Below are positions 17,176 through 26,457 of a stretch of DNA of 64,000 nt, one piece after another (the stretch's first letter is position 1; each line of letters opens with the position of its first letter). The notes under the pieces were generated by a model. It did no database searches. It was given only the letters and a program-made list of their open reading frames with translations, and was not told the origin of the DNA. The DNA is from a bacterium. GTDB taxonomy: Bacteria; Desulfobacterota; DSWW01. The position numbers and the translations under genes are program-made. The stretch is taken from the NCBI GenBank assembly GCA_028277985.1, contig JANQFG010000119.1, positions 3,911 through 67,910 on the forward strand, in the 5' to 3' direction.

Positions 17176-18615
17176 ATGAAAGCCTCCATCTTCGACAGGG
17201 AAACAGAGATCCGCAAGAGGGCCGAGCAGGCCGGCCAGGGGCATGTGTTTGCCTGGTGGGCGGAATGCAGCGAGGCGGAAAGAGCGTCGCTGCTCGAACA
17301 GGTGGATTCGATCGAGTTTCCGCTGCTCGAATCTCTCGTCAGGGACCTGGTCAGGAACCCTCACCAGGAAGAGACGGTCACACTCGAGCCCGCCCCGATC
17401 ATCCCTATCCCCGTCTCGGATGCCCAGATCAAGGCAAAGGACCTCGCCAGAGAACGCGGACACACCTTGATCAGGGAAGGGAAGGTAGCGGCCCTCGTCG
17501 TTGCCGGAGGTCAGGGGACCCGGCTGGGATTTGACGGCCCGAAAGGCGCCTTTCCCATAGGGCCCGTATCATCCAAGCCCCTCTTCGCCTTCTTTGCCGA
17601 GAAGCTCCTGGCGGCCCAGAGACGTTATGGCCCGGCCATCCCCTGGTACATCATGACGAGCCCGGCCAACGACTCGACGACCCGAGAGTTCTTCGAGAAG
17701 AACCGATTCTTCGGTCTGGTTCCACAGCAGGTGCATTTCTTTGTCCAGGGAACCATGCCGGCCGTGGACCAGGAAGGGAAGATCCTGCTCGCGTCAAAGC
17801 ACGAAATCGCGCGCAGCCCTGACGGCCACGGGGGCACGCTTCGAGCCCTCGAGCGCAGCGGAGCCCTGGACCGAATGGAAGCAGAGGGAATACAGGAGAT
17901 CTCGTATTTCCAGGTGGACAATGTGCTGGTCAGGGTGCCGGATCCCGTCTTTCTCGGCTACCACGCGGAGGCCGGGGCGGAGATGAGTTCCAAGGTCGTT
18001 CGCAAGGCCTACCCGGAAGAGAAGGTGGGCGTCATCGGTATGCGGGGAGGCAAGCTGGGCGTCATAGAGTACAGCGACTTGAGCCAGGAAGACATGTCGG
18101 CACGGGGGCCGGACGGAGAGCTGAAGTACTGGGCCGGGAGTATCGCAATCCACATGATCCGGGTTTCCTTCCTGAGACGGCTCCAGAGGGAGGGGATTCA
18201 ACTACCGTTCCATCGGGCAGACAAGAAGGTGCCCTTTGTGGACGCCGACGGAAGACACATCGAGCCTGCCAGCCCGAACGGCATAAAGTTCGAGTGCTTC
18301 ATCTTCGATGCCCTCCGGCACGCGGCCTCTGCCATCAGCCAGGAAGTCGTTCGACAGGAGGAATTCTCTCCCGTGAAGAACGCGACCGGCGTGAGCTCTC
18401 CGGCAACGGCGCAGGGCGCCCTGATGGAGGTTTACGCCTCCTGGCTCGAACAGGCAGGTGTGAAGGTTCCCAGAAACGAGAGCGGCGCCCTCGCGTCAAG
18501 AATCGAGATCAGCCCCCTCTACGCCCTCGACCGGGCGGAAGCGGTCCAGAAAATCCCGCCGGACCTAAAAATAACGAACGACCTCCTTCTGACGGACGGC
18601 ACGACCTCCCCCTAG
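17176..18615 (+). CDS. UDPGP-family UTP-sugar-1-phosphate uridylyltransferase (UAP1-like)
   Basis: The motif VVAGGQGTRLGFDGPKGAFPIG, with downstream YFQVDN and PDGHGG, is typical of type-1 UDP-sugar pyrophosphorylases. Confidence 0.8.
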   Translation: MKASIFDRETEIRKRAEQAGQGHVFAWWAECSEAERASLLEQVDSIEFPLLESLVRDLVRNPHQEETVTLEPAPIIPIPVSDAQIKAKDLARERGHTLIREGKVAALVVAGGQGTRLGFDGPKGAFPIGPVSSKPLFAFFAEKLLAAQRRYGPAIPWYIMTSPANDSTTREFFEKNRFFGLVPQQVHFFVQGTMPAVDQEGKILLASKHEIARSPDGHGGTLRALERSGALDRMEAEGIQEISYFQVDNVLVRVPDPVFLGYHAEAGAEMSSKVVRKAYPEEKVGVIGMRGGKLGVIEYSDLSQEDMSARGPDGELKYWAGSIAIHMIRVSFLRRLQREGIQLPFHRADKKVPFVDADGRHIEPASPNGIKFECFIFDALRHAASAISQEVVRQEEFSPVKNATGVSSPATAQGALMEVYASWLEQAGVKVPRNESGALASRIEISPLYALDRAEAVQKIPPDLKITNDLLLTDGTTSP

Positions 18616-18648
18616 CTCGCATATTTTCTATTCCACATACTGTCTTTG

Positions 18649-18657
18649 TGCTATACT
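18649..18657 (+). promoter_or_regulatory. Extended -10 promoter element (TGcTATACT) upstream of the gene at 18752
   Basis: TGCTATACT read directly. It would leave a 5' leader of roughly 85-90 nt. Confidence 0.4.
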
Positions 18658-18751
18658 GGCGCCATCCTTCCCCGGGAAACCCACCCGTGATCCGCTCCAT
18701 AGTGCCCTGTTCCTGCAGAACCATCTGTTCCATAGAAAGGGGGGACACGCC

Positions 18752-20488
18752 ATGAAGGAGCAAAACCGTCTCTTCGCTCGGCCCGCAGGCTTGTTTGTCC
18801 TTTGGACCACCCTTCTCCTCGCTTACGGAGGTCCTCCGATCGCGCTCGGCGATTCGATGATTCCGGATACTCCGGAATTCGAGCACATCAGAGAAAAGGT
18901 GGAGGCATATGACCAGAGGTACATCCAGTTCCATTCTCCTGACGCTCTCAGCATGAACACCCACTGGAACTGCAATCCCTTGAATCCCGACACGCCGGAA
19001 TGCATCCCCACGGCGGTCGTCCGATACGGGGGATACAGTCACCTGACCGCTTACGGCTGCAACGGCGCCTCGGGCGAGGCCTTTCGGTACGGCGCCCTGA
19101 GGAACGAGGGGGCAACGCCGGATCCCGCGCGCATCTGTCTCATGATGGACACCCTCCACGCTCATCATGCGATCACCGGGGTCCCGGGGCTGATCGCCCG
19201 GGGTGTGTGGCATCCCGGGCTGCAGGGAGAAAACCCCGACCCCCTGCCCCTGTTCGACGAGTTCGGTGCCCCTTACCCTCCTGAGAAACGGCCGGTCTGG
19301 CGGGAGGACAACAGCGGAGGGCTCTACCCGGGCTACATGTGGATCGATGATGTGAGCCAGGACTGCCTCATTCACTACATGTACCTGCTGGGCATCCTCT
19401 ACGAGGCAACCTATGACGATGAGGACGAAGAAGTCGTCTGGCGGAGAGAAAGGATGATCGAGGATGCCCTGGCCATAGGAGAGCACCTGATCGATCCGTA
19501 TCATTCACTCGTCGTCGTGGACGCAGACGGCAGGGCCACGACATTCGGGAATCTCAACTCCCATTCTCTGAACGGTTTTTCCTCGCTCCTCGCGCTGTCT
19601 ATCCTGCGAACGGTTTATCACATGACGGGTGACGTGAGGTTCGATGATTTCTATGCCGACACGCTCCTGTGTGAGAGGGGTGAGCACAACACCTTCCGCA
19701 ACACATTCACACTGGAGGTCTATGTGCCTCTCCTCTACTACTGGAACAACTATTTCAATTTCCACATGGCGTGGGTCGCCATCTTCAACCTGCTCCGGTT
19801 CGAGCCGCTTCCCGCGTACCGGCAACTCTATCAGGAAGCACTCGAAGATAGGATGTGGACGGATCCGAACGGATACAAGGACGTCAAGGAGTGGCGGCAC
19901 ATCGAATACAGCATGATGTACCTCGCGCTCAAGGCGGGCGGGTACGATCCGTTCCATCCGGAAGACATCCTCGCGTTCGACGATATGCTTCTGTCCATGG
20001 AAGAGTACCCCCCCTCGCCCTTCTGGGATCATCCCGTCGATGCGTGCGGGGACGACAACGAGCAATGCTGTGAACCCGGGGAGTTCCCCTGCACCAAGAA
20101 GTACCGGATCGATGGAATCCGGACCTCCTTCGGGCGTCTGAGCGCCACGGAGCCTGTTCATCTGTATGAAAGGCCCCCGAACTACTACTGGATGGAGAAA
20201 AACCCGTACAGGCTCCAGGGAGGAGGTTACTCGGACGAAGAGTTCCCCGGCATCGGCCTCAGGATGGGCTATTGGATGGGCCGCTACCTGTCCGCTCAAG
20301 GGGATAACCGGTCCCCACACCTGCGAACAGCGAGAGATCCCGGTTACTGCCCACCTGCATGCGCCTCCTGCCGTCTGCTGCACAGGGAGCCGGTGTCCGC
20401 CTTTCAGGGACTCATCGGTTGGGTAGCAGGGTTTCTTCTCCTCCTTGTCCACATCAGGCTCCTGAAGGGGGTGCTTCACAGGAGGTGA
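18752..20488 (+). CDS. Hypothetical exported protein with a C-terminal transmembrane anchor
   Basis: GGGGGGA RBS, an N-terminal signal-like segment (LFVLWTTLLLAYGG) and a C-terminal hydrophobic helix (LIGWVAGFLLLLVHI) followed by basic residues. I recognised no family. Confidence 0.6.
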   Translation: MKEQNRLFARPAGLFVLWTTLLLAYGGPPIALGDSMIPDTPEFEHIREKVEAYDQRYIQFHSPDALSMNTHWNCNPLNPDTPECIPTAVVRYGGYSHLTAYGCNGASGEAFRYGALRNEGATPDPARICLMMDTLHAHHAITGVPGLIARGVWHPGLQGENPDPLPLFDEFGAPYPPEKRPVWREDNSGGLYPGYMWIDDVSQDCLIHYMYLLGILYEATYDDEDEEVVWRRERMIEDALAIGEHLIDPYHSLVVVDADGRATTFGNLNSHSLNGFSSLLALSILRTVYHMTGDVRFDDFYADTLLCERGEHNTFRNTFTLEVYVPLLYYWNNYFNFHMAWVAIFNLLRFEPLPAYRQLYQEALEDRMWTDPNGYKDVKEWRHIEYSMMYLALKAGGYDPFHPEDILAFDDMLLSMEEYPPSPFWDHPVDACGDDNEQCCEPGEFPCTKKYRIDGIRTSFGRLSATEPVHLYERPPNYYWMEKNPYRLQGGGYSDEEFPGIGLRMGYWMGRYLSAQGDNRSPHLRTARDPGYCPPACASCRLLHREPVSAFQGLIGWVAGFLLLLVHIRLLKGVLHRR

Positions 20489-20503
20489 CACCAAGGGCAG
20501 GAC

Positions 20504-21316
20504 ATGGTAAGGAAACCCGTGTTGCGGGTTCCGTTGAAACCTGAAGGAGAGAGGACCCAGCCCCTGGACAGCCTGGAGCGGGCTCGAAGGAGCCTCCGAG
20601 ACATCATCGACAAGCGCGGCACAGACCGGAATGAAGGGGTCCAGGTCAGGCCGCTCGATCCGGATGAAGCAATCGGCAACGATGCGGACTCCGGCTTCGT
20701 CATCAAGAAGGACAAGGAACGGGTCGTCGAGGCAACGTTCCGGGAAAGGCGAGGCCAGGCATTCACGGACCGTCCGACCGTCTGGTCAGGCACCCTGGCA
20801 GAGTTGCTGTCCTTGCCCCTCGATGAGATTTCGAATCGTGCCCTCTTCGTGGCCGGTCTGAACGCCGTTCTTTGCGCCCTGGACCTACTGCCCGGAACCA
20901 TCCACTGCAAAGACGCAGATCCGTCCCGCTGCGGATCCGAGGTCGCCCGGTTCGTGAATGAGCGATTCGGCACGGTACGGGTCGGGCTCATCGGGCTTCA
21001 ACCGGCCATCCTGGAGGCTCTGGTGGAACGCTTCGGTCCGGACTCGGTTCGTGTGGTGGACCTGAACCCGGACACTGTGGGAGAAAGTCGTTCAGGGGTT
21101 CTCGTATGGGACGGGGAAAAGGATCTTGCCCGGCTCGTCTCCCAATGCGATGTGGGCCTGGCCACGGGCTCGAGCGTGGTCAACAAGACGCTGGACGAGA
21201 TCCTGGAACGCTTCCGCCAGACGGGGAAACCCCTCATCCTTTTCGGGAACACGATCTCCGGCGTTGCAGCGCTTCTGGGCCTCGAACGCCTCTGCCCTTT
21301 CGGGGGGCAGGGGTGA
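20504..21316 (+). CDS. DUF4213/DUF364-like protein (putative heavy-metal chelation Rossmann-like domain)
   Basis: The overall pattern (VGLIGLQPAILEAL..VRVVDLNP...DVGLATGSSVVNKTLDEIL...ILFGNT) resembles PF13938 and PF04016 as I remember them. Confidence 0.55.
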   Translation: MVRKPVLRVPLKPEGERTQPLDSLERARRSLRDIIDKRGTDRNEGVQVRPLDPDEAIGNDADSGFVIKKDKERVVEATFRERRGQAFTDRPTVWSGTLAELLSLPLDEISNRALFVAGLNAVLCALDLLPGTIHCKDADPSRCGSEVARFVNERFGTVRVGLIGLQPAILEALVERFGPDSVRVVDLNPDTVGESRSGVLVWDGEKDLARLVSQCDVGLATGSSVVNKTLDEILERFRQTGKPLILFGNTISGVAALLGLERLCPFGGQG

Positions 21317-21328
21317 CACCCGCCCGGC

Positions 21329-22399
21329 CTAACTCACTCTCCTTGCGTTCTTCATGATCTCATAGCCCCAGATACCCTTGCGGTACCCGGGAACCGCACC
21401 CGAGGTGATGGCCGCCATCGGGTAAGAAAACAGGGGGTGTCGTATGTTGAAGTCCATCACGGCAAGCCTTCCCGGAATGTGACTGAAGAAGCGCCTCAAG
21501 TAGTAGCTGATCCGGTAGCACTTGTTCATCTCCTTGAACTCCTCGAGCGCACGATCCGGATCGTCTACGGCCATGGCGGCCAACCGGCCGGAGAGGATGG
21601 CCCCGTGGATACCGAACAGGGCGCCCGGATCCATGGCCCCGGAGAGTGTCCCTGCGAGCACGTACCCGTCCTGGAAGAGCCGCGGGTTCTTTGCGGAACC
21701 TGTCGGCACCCGCCCCGTGAAGTACTCCCAGTTGTGCAGCTCCAGGTCGAACTTCTCCTTCACGTCCCTTATACAGGCTTCAAGGGTCTTTGCCTTCACA
21801 TACCCCCGGCTGAAGAAGAGTCCGTACATCAGGTTGTTCGCGCAGTTTGCGTAGAAATAGTCCTTTGTGTAAGGAGCCATCAGACCGGCAGCCCATGGGG
21901 CCCTGTCCGTCTTCTGCGTCCCTGCGAATCCCCGGGTGATCTCGAAGGGGATTCCGAGGTAATCGTACATGCTCGGATCCAATCCCGTGGCGATGATCGA
22001 GCCCGGCGGAATCTCCCGAAGGTCTTTGAGAAAGGTCCCGAACTCGAACTGAACGCCCGCTTCACAGGCTTCGTCGTAGAGGAGCTTGTCGATCCCGCTC
22101 TTCCTGGCCCCTCGTTCGACCGCGTGCATGGGGCCGGGGTTCAACTCATACATACGATTGCCTACGACGGTGACGAAGCTCTCTATAGGGTGGAAGGCAG
22201 ACCGCACATCGATTCCGACCTGTTCGCTCATCCAGGCCGGATCGATCGGTGTCGTGTGGACCGAGGGCATGTCGTGGTGCATGCCTCCGAGCCTCTTTTC
22301 CCCCTCTATCACCAGGACCTCGTGCCCCTTGCGCGCCAGGGTAATCGCCGCCACCATCCCGGACAACCCGGCGCCCAGAATATGCACTTTTCCAGCCAT
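21329..22399 (-). CDS. FAD/NAD(P)-dependent oxidoreductase
   Basis: Start MAGKVHILGAGLSGMVAA (GxGxxG dinucleotide fold) with a GGGAGGGAA RBS. The track ORF extends 35 codons further upstream without support. Confidence 0.8.
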   Translation of the reverse strand: MAGKVHILGAGLSGMVAAITLARKGHEVLVIEGEKRLGGMHHDMPSVHTTPIDPAWMSEQVGIDVRSAFHPIESFVTVVGNRMYELNPGPMHAVERGARKSGIDKLLYDEACEAGVQFEFGTFLKDLREIPPGSIIATGLDPSMYDYLGIPFEITRGFAGTQKTDRAPWAAGLMAPYTKDYFYANCANNLMYGLFFSRGYVKAKTLEACIRDVKEKFDLELHNWEYFTGRVPTGSAKNPRLFQDGYVLAGTLSGAMDPGALFGIHGAILSGRLAAMAVDDPDRALEEFKEMNKCYRISYYLRRFFSHIPGRLAVMDFNIRHPLFSYPMAAITSGAVPGYRKGIWGYEIMKNARRVS

Positions 22400-22413
22400 G
22401 CGTTTCCCTCCCT

Positions 22414-23115
22414 TCAGGGTCCAGCGCTCGCCTTGGAGGATCCGGGCAGGGCCTGACCCCTGATCCCTGACCCCTGATCCCTGCTCTTTTCCTTGAATCG
22501 GCAACCGATCCCGTTGAACACGAAGTCGATGGCCTCCTTTTTTCGCTCCTCGATCAGCTCTCTGGTGAATACATCCTTTTGCCAGAATTCCTTGATGGTG
22601 GAGGCAGCAACGAAGAACAAGGTGGTTGCGCCCATGATGTTCGAGATCATGTGGATGGTATCGTTCGGGCCGTCCCGCCGGGGCTCGATGTTCGCCAGGA
22701 CAAATTGCTCCATCATCCCGAACATGTCACGGAGGTAGGGCTTGGACAGCACCTTGTTGACGTATTTCCCGTTGTCGATCGACTCCCGCAGGAGAATCCG
22801 GACCATGTGGTCTTTCTCCGCCAGGATCTCGATCCCGTGATCGATCAGCTGTTTCAGTTTCTCCTGGGGTCCCATTTCTGCAACGATGATCGGCAGAAGA
22901 CGTCGCTCCACGGTCACGTAGAAATTCTCGATGACCGTCTTGTACAGATTCTCCTTGCCTCCGAAGTGATAGTGAATCAAGGAGGGGGTCACCCGGGCGA
23001 GCTCTGCAATGTTGTTGATTCGTGAACCTCCCAAGCCCTTTTCCGCAAAGACCTTTTCCGCGGCGATCAGGATTCTCTCCTCGGTCTTCTCCGAACTCTG
23101 CCGTTTTTTCTTCAT
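22414..23115 (-). CDS. TetR/AcrR-family transcriptional regulator
   Basis: N-terminal HTH: ILIAAEKVFAEKGLGGSRINNIAELARVTPSLIHYHFGGKENLY. The last 23 or so codons run through the heptamer repeat. Confidence 0.9.
   Translation of the reverse strand: MKKKRQSSEKTEERILIAAEKVFAEKGLGGSRINNIAELARVTPSLIHYHFGGKENLYKTVIENFYVTVERRLLPIIVAEMGPQEKLKQLIDHGIEILAEKDHMVRILLRESIDNGKYVNKVLSKPYLRDMFGMMEQFVLANIEPRRDGPNDTIHMISNIMGATTLFFVAASTIKEFWQKDVFTRELIEERKKEAIDFVFNGIGCRFKEKSRDQGSGIRGQALPGSSKASAGP
22452..22483. repeat. Heptanucleotide tandem repeat (CCTGAYC) x 4.5
   Basis: cctgacc cctgatc cctgacc cctgatc cctg, read directly. It lies in the 3' tail of the TetR gene, immediately upstream of the oxidoreductase start. 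Confidence 0.85.
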
Positions 23116-23275
23116 AGATTTCCACCCGCTCCGCTCAAGACGGTCTAATTGATTATATGTTCAAATTTATGGGATTTTGCGTGGCGTGTCAAGAAAAAAA
23201 ATGCCTCGTTCAAAGAAGATAAGCATTTGAATGTAAAGTATTATTTTGGAATTATGACGCAGTGAGAAAAAAATG

Positions 23276-23305
23276 TTGACATCGTCGAATTGGCTCTGAC
23301 ATAAT
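23276..23305 (+). promoter_or_regulatory. Sigma-70-type promoter candidate (TTGACA, 18-nt spacer, CATAAT) in an AT-rich divergent intergenic region
   Basis: Read directly in the only strongly AT-rich stretch of this neighbourhood (23116-23371). It lies between the divergent TetR gene and the DUF35 operon. Confidence 0.45.
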
Positions 23306-23389
23306 TGGGTCAAACATTCAAGAAAGACACATTTCCCCCGTGTTTTTCGGCCGATTCTTGAACCAACACCTATGAGTGGGAGAGAAGAA

Positions 23390-23872
23390 ATGAAGATCGA
23401 ATACGGCGAGTTGATCCTTGAATCCGGCGAGCGAACCATCCGGCCGGACATCTTCGCAAAAGTGGACGGGGACGCGACGCCCCATCTCCTGGCGCGTCAG
23501 TGCCAGGATTGTGGTGACGTTTCCTTCCCCCCGTTCCGGTACTGCCTGATGTGCAACGGTGAAAAGGAAACCGAGAACAGGGTCCTGAGCAACGACGGGA
23601 TTCTGGCCTCCTATACGATCGCCCGACAGGTCATGCCCGGTTTCAATCCGGACTACATCCTCGCCAATGTCCGAATGAAGGACGACCCTTCCCTTGTGCT
23701 GGTCGCCCAGCTGACGGACGTCAAGCCCGAAGATCTCGAGATCGACATGGATCTCACCATGGTTCCCAAGATCATCAAGGTGTTGATGAACGGGGAGATG
23801 GTTGTCTCCTATTGCTTTCGCCCCACAGACCCGGCCAAGGTAAGCCTTGGGGAAGGAGGGCAGACCGAATGA
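23390..23872 (+). CDS. DUF35-type Zn-ribbon/OB-fold protein (thiolase partner; BbsA-like)
   Basis: CQDCGDVSFPPFRYCLMC zinc ribbon followed by an OB-fold region. Its stop overlaps the ATG of the thiolase gene. The alternative start is ATG 23372. Confidence 0.8.
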   Translation: MKIEYGELILESGERTIRPDIFAKVDGDATPHLLARQCQDCGDVSFPPFRYCLMCNGEKETENRVLSNDGILASYTIARQVMPGFNPDYILANVRMKDDPSLVLVAQLTDVKPEDLEIDMDLTMVPKIIKVLMNGEMVVSYCFRPTDPAKVSLGEGGQTE

Positions 23873-25029
23873 GAGAAGTCGCCATCATCGGTGCCGGCAT
23901 GATCAAGTTCGGGAAATTCCCGCAGTATGCTGCTGCCAAGATGGGCGGAGATGCCGGACTCATGGCCCTGGAACAGGCGGGCCTCAAACCCACACAGATC
24001 CAGGCGACCTTTCTGGGCAACATCGGAAACCCCCCGAACCTGGCCCAGCGCGTGAACGGTGAGATCGGCATGACCGGGATCCCTGCCTTCAACCATGAGA
24101 ACGCCTGCGCAAGCTCATCGGCAGCCTTTCGTCAGGCTTTCCTGTCGGTGGCCAACGAGGTTCATGATTATGCGCTGGCCGTGGGCGTCGAGAACATGAC
24201 CAGCCACATCGAAATGGGAACGACCACTTCCGGGCCCCTGGTGCTGCCCCACGGCGCCAACATCGAGGCGGACAACGGGATGCTCATGCCCGGGGTCTTT
24301 GCCCTGCTCGGGAGCCGGCACATGGCAGAGTTCGGCACAACCCCGGAACAGTTTGCCAGGGTCGCTGAGAAGAACCACAGACACTCCGCCCAGAATCCGT
24401 ATGCTCATTATCAGAAGGTGTTCACCCTGGAAGAGATCCTCGAGTCGCGCATGGTCTGCGACCCCCTCACCCTCCTCCAATGCTGCCCAATAGGTGACGG
24501 GGCCGCGGCCGTGGTCGTCACCTCGGCGGAAAATGCGAAGAAGCACACGACAAAGCCGGTCTTCGTCGCTGCTTCCGTCCTCACTTCAGGCCAGTACAAG
24601 GAATCCGCAGAGGGCCCGGCAAGGATCGAAACATGCGTCCGGGCGGCAAACGAGGCGTACGAAACCGCTGACATCGGCCCCGAGGATCTGGATGTGGTCG
24701 AGCTTCACGACTGCTTCAGCATTCACGAGCTGGTCGCGTACGAAGATCTCGGCCTCTGCCCAAAGGGGGAAGGCGGCCGGTTCATCGACGAGGGCCTGTC
24801 CGGATATGGTGGCGAGGTCGTAGTCAATCCTTCCGGCGGCCTTCTGTGCAAGGGTCACCCGATCGGGGCCACCGGGGTGGCACAGCTCGTCGAAGTCGTC
24901 TGGCACCTCCAGGGGGTATGCGGCGAGCGGCAGGTCCCCGACGCAAAGGCAGGGTTGACGCACAATGGAGGCGGTTTCGGTCCGGGCAATGCACCGGGAG
25001 CCATGAGTATCACGATTGTCAAATCGTGA
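23869..25029 (+). CDS. Thiolase-fold protein, SCP-x/BbsB-like (non-acetoacetyl type)
   Basis: MREVAIIGAGMIKFGK N-terminus, active-site region NACASSS, and C-terminal GHPIGATG and NGGG motifs. Confidence 0.85.
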   Translation: MREVAIIGAGMIKFGKFPQYAAAKMGGDAGLMALEQAGLKPTQIQATFLGNIGNPPNLAQRVNGEIGMTGIPAFNHENACASSSAAFRQAFLSVANEVHDYALAVGVENMTSHIEMGTTTSGPLVLPHGANIEADNGMLMPGVFALLGSRHMAEFGTTPEQFARVAEKNHRHSAQNPYAHYQKVFTLEEILESRMVCDPLTLLQCCPIGDGAAAVVVTSAENAKKHTTKPVFVAASVLTSGQYKESAEGPARIETCVRAANEAYETADIGPEDLDVVELHDCFSIHELVAYEDLGLCPKGEGGRFIDEGLSGYGGEVVVNPSGGLLCKGHPIGATGVAQLVEVVWHLQGVCGERQVPDAKAGLTHNGGGFGPGNAPGAMSITIVKS

Positions 25030-25048
25030 AGAGGCGAAAGGGTCCTGC

Positions 25049-26419
25049 ATGGCCTTCGAGGATTATTTCGACGAGAAGCTCTACCGTATGCAGAACACCC
25101 CGGAGGTCAAGGATCTCCAGATCCACAAGCTGCAACAACACTTGACCAAATTCTACAACCAGAGCCCTGCGGTCAAGGCGTTTGTCGACTCCCAGGGTGT
25201 CTCGCCGGAGAAGATCACTCTCGACGTCTTCCGGCAGGCCTTTCCTCTGCTGGGTCAGGACACGATGAGGGGCTCGCTCGCCGCCGAAGGGGCCAAGCAG
25301 CCGGGCTTCGTGGTCGACATGATGGCGGGCATGCTCGGAATCGACCCGAACGACTACGTGTTGATGTGCGCCACGTCCGGGACCACCGGGGAACCCACCC
25401 CCTACTTCTTCACTGCAGAGGACCTCGAGTGGATGCCACGGGGCACTTCGAGGAACATGTTCATGGTGACCGGGGGCGACACGGAAGCGATCCGCAGGAT
25501 GCGCGCCATACAGGGCTTCGGTCTCAGCATGTTCGGCGCGGGCGTTCCCCTGGTGGAGTGCCTCACCCGTCTCGGAATCACCTGCATTCCGGTCGGCGCC
25601 GAAGGGGGATCCGGACCGATCCTGAAATTCAGCGAACGTTTCGCAGCCAACTGTATCTGGTGCACCCCGTCTCTGGCCGAGTACATGGTGGACACCGCCC
25701 TGGACCGGATTCGGGCCATCGGTTTCAAACACGTCTTCTGCGGGGCCGAGCCCGGGGCCGGGATCCCGGAGGTGAAGCAGAAGATCGAGGAAGGCTTCCA
25801 GGCCAGGCTCTACGACGGCATGGGCCTCATCGGCGGACTGACCCTCTCGTCCTGCAACGCGGACGAATACACCGGGATGCACCACCTGACGGATGACATG
25901 TTTCTCTTCGAGCTCGTCGACCCGGAGACCAAGGAACCGGTCCCCTGGGAGGACCAGGCCATAGGCACGATCGTGATGAGCCCCCTCCAGGGGTACAGCA
26001 TGCCACCGGGCCGATTCTCTTCGGGTGACGTGGCCCAGCTCTTCCTCGCACCGTGCAAGTGCGGGGAGCCGGGGTGGCGGATCAAGATGCGGGGCCGGAC
26101 GGATGACATGCTCAAGGTCAAGGGCGTGATCGTGTACCCTTCGGCCGTGGACGGCGTGATTACAGGGTTCGTACCGAGGGTGACGGGCGAGTTTCGGATC
26201 GTGCTCGACTCCCCGCCCCCCAGGGTGGAACCTCCGCTGAAACTGAAGGTCGAGTACGGAGAGGGCGTCAAAGAGGAAGATCTCGAAGCCCTTGCCGGGG
26301 AAATCGAGGGAGAGATGCACGCGAAATTGAAGGTGCGCCCAAGCATCACCTGGACTGCGCCCATGACCCTCGAGAGAGCGACCCACAAGACCAATTTCAT
26401 AGAGAAGACCTACGAATAA
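25049..26419 (+). CDS. Phenylacetate-CoA ligase (PaaK) / coenzyme F390 synthetase-family adenylate-forming enzyme
   Basis: The P-loop-like motif ATSGTTGEPTPYFFT and the roughly 455 aa size are typical of the PaaK family. Confidence 0.8.
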   Translation: MAFEDYFDEKLYRMQNTPEVKDLQIHKLQQHLTKFYNQSPAVKAFVDSQGVSPEKITLDVFRQAFPLLGQDTMRGSLAAEGAKQPGFVVDMMAGMLGIDPNDYVLMCATSGTTGEPTPYFFTAEDLEWMPRGTSRNMFMVTGGDTEAIRRMRAIQGFGLSMFGAGVPLVECLTRLGITCIPVGAEGGSGPILKFSERFAANCIWCTPSLAEYMVDTALDRIRAIGFKHVFCGAEPGAGIPEVKQKIEEGFQARLYDGMGLIGGLTLSSCNADEYTGMHHLTDDMFLFELVDPETKEPVPWEDQAIGTIVMSPLQGYSMPPGRFSSGDVAQLFLAPCKCGEPGWRIKMRGRTDDMLKVKGVIVYPSAVDGVITGFVPRVTGEFRIVLDSPPPRVEPPLKLKVEYGEGVKEEDLEALAGEIEGEMHAKLKVRPSITWTAPMTLERATHKTNFIEKTYE

Positions 26420-26457
26420 CGGATAGGATCAAGGCCCTCAGGAAAAGGAGATACTCC

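Noticed and set aside
23227-23321. An 8-bp inverted pair, TTGAATGT (23227-23234) and ACATTCAA (23314-23321), bracketing the candidate promoter as a possible TetR operator
   Set aside because: The arms are 80 nt apart and only 8 bp long, which is about what chance gives in a 250-nt AT-rich region. It is not a typical compact TetR palindrome.
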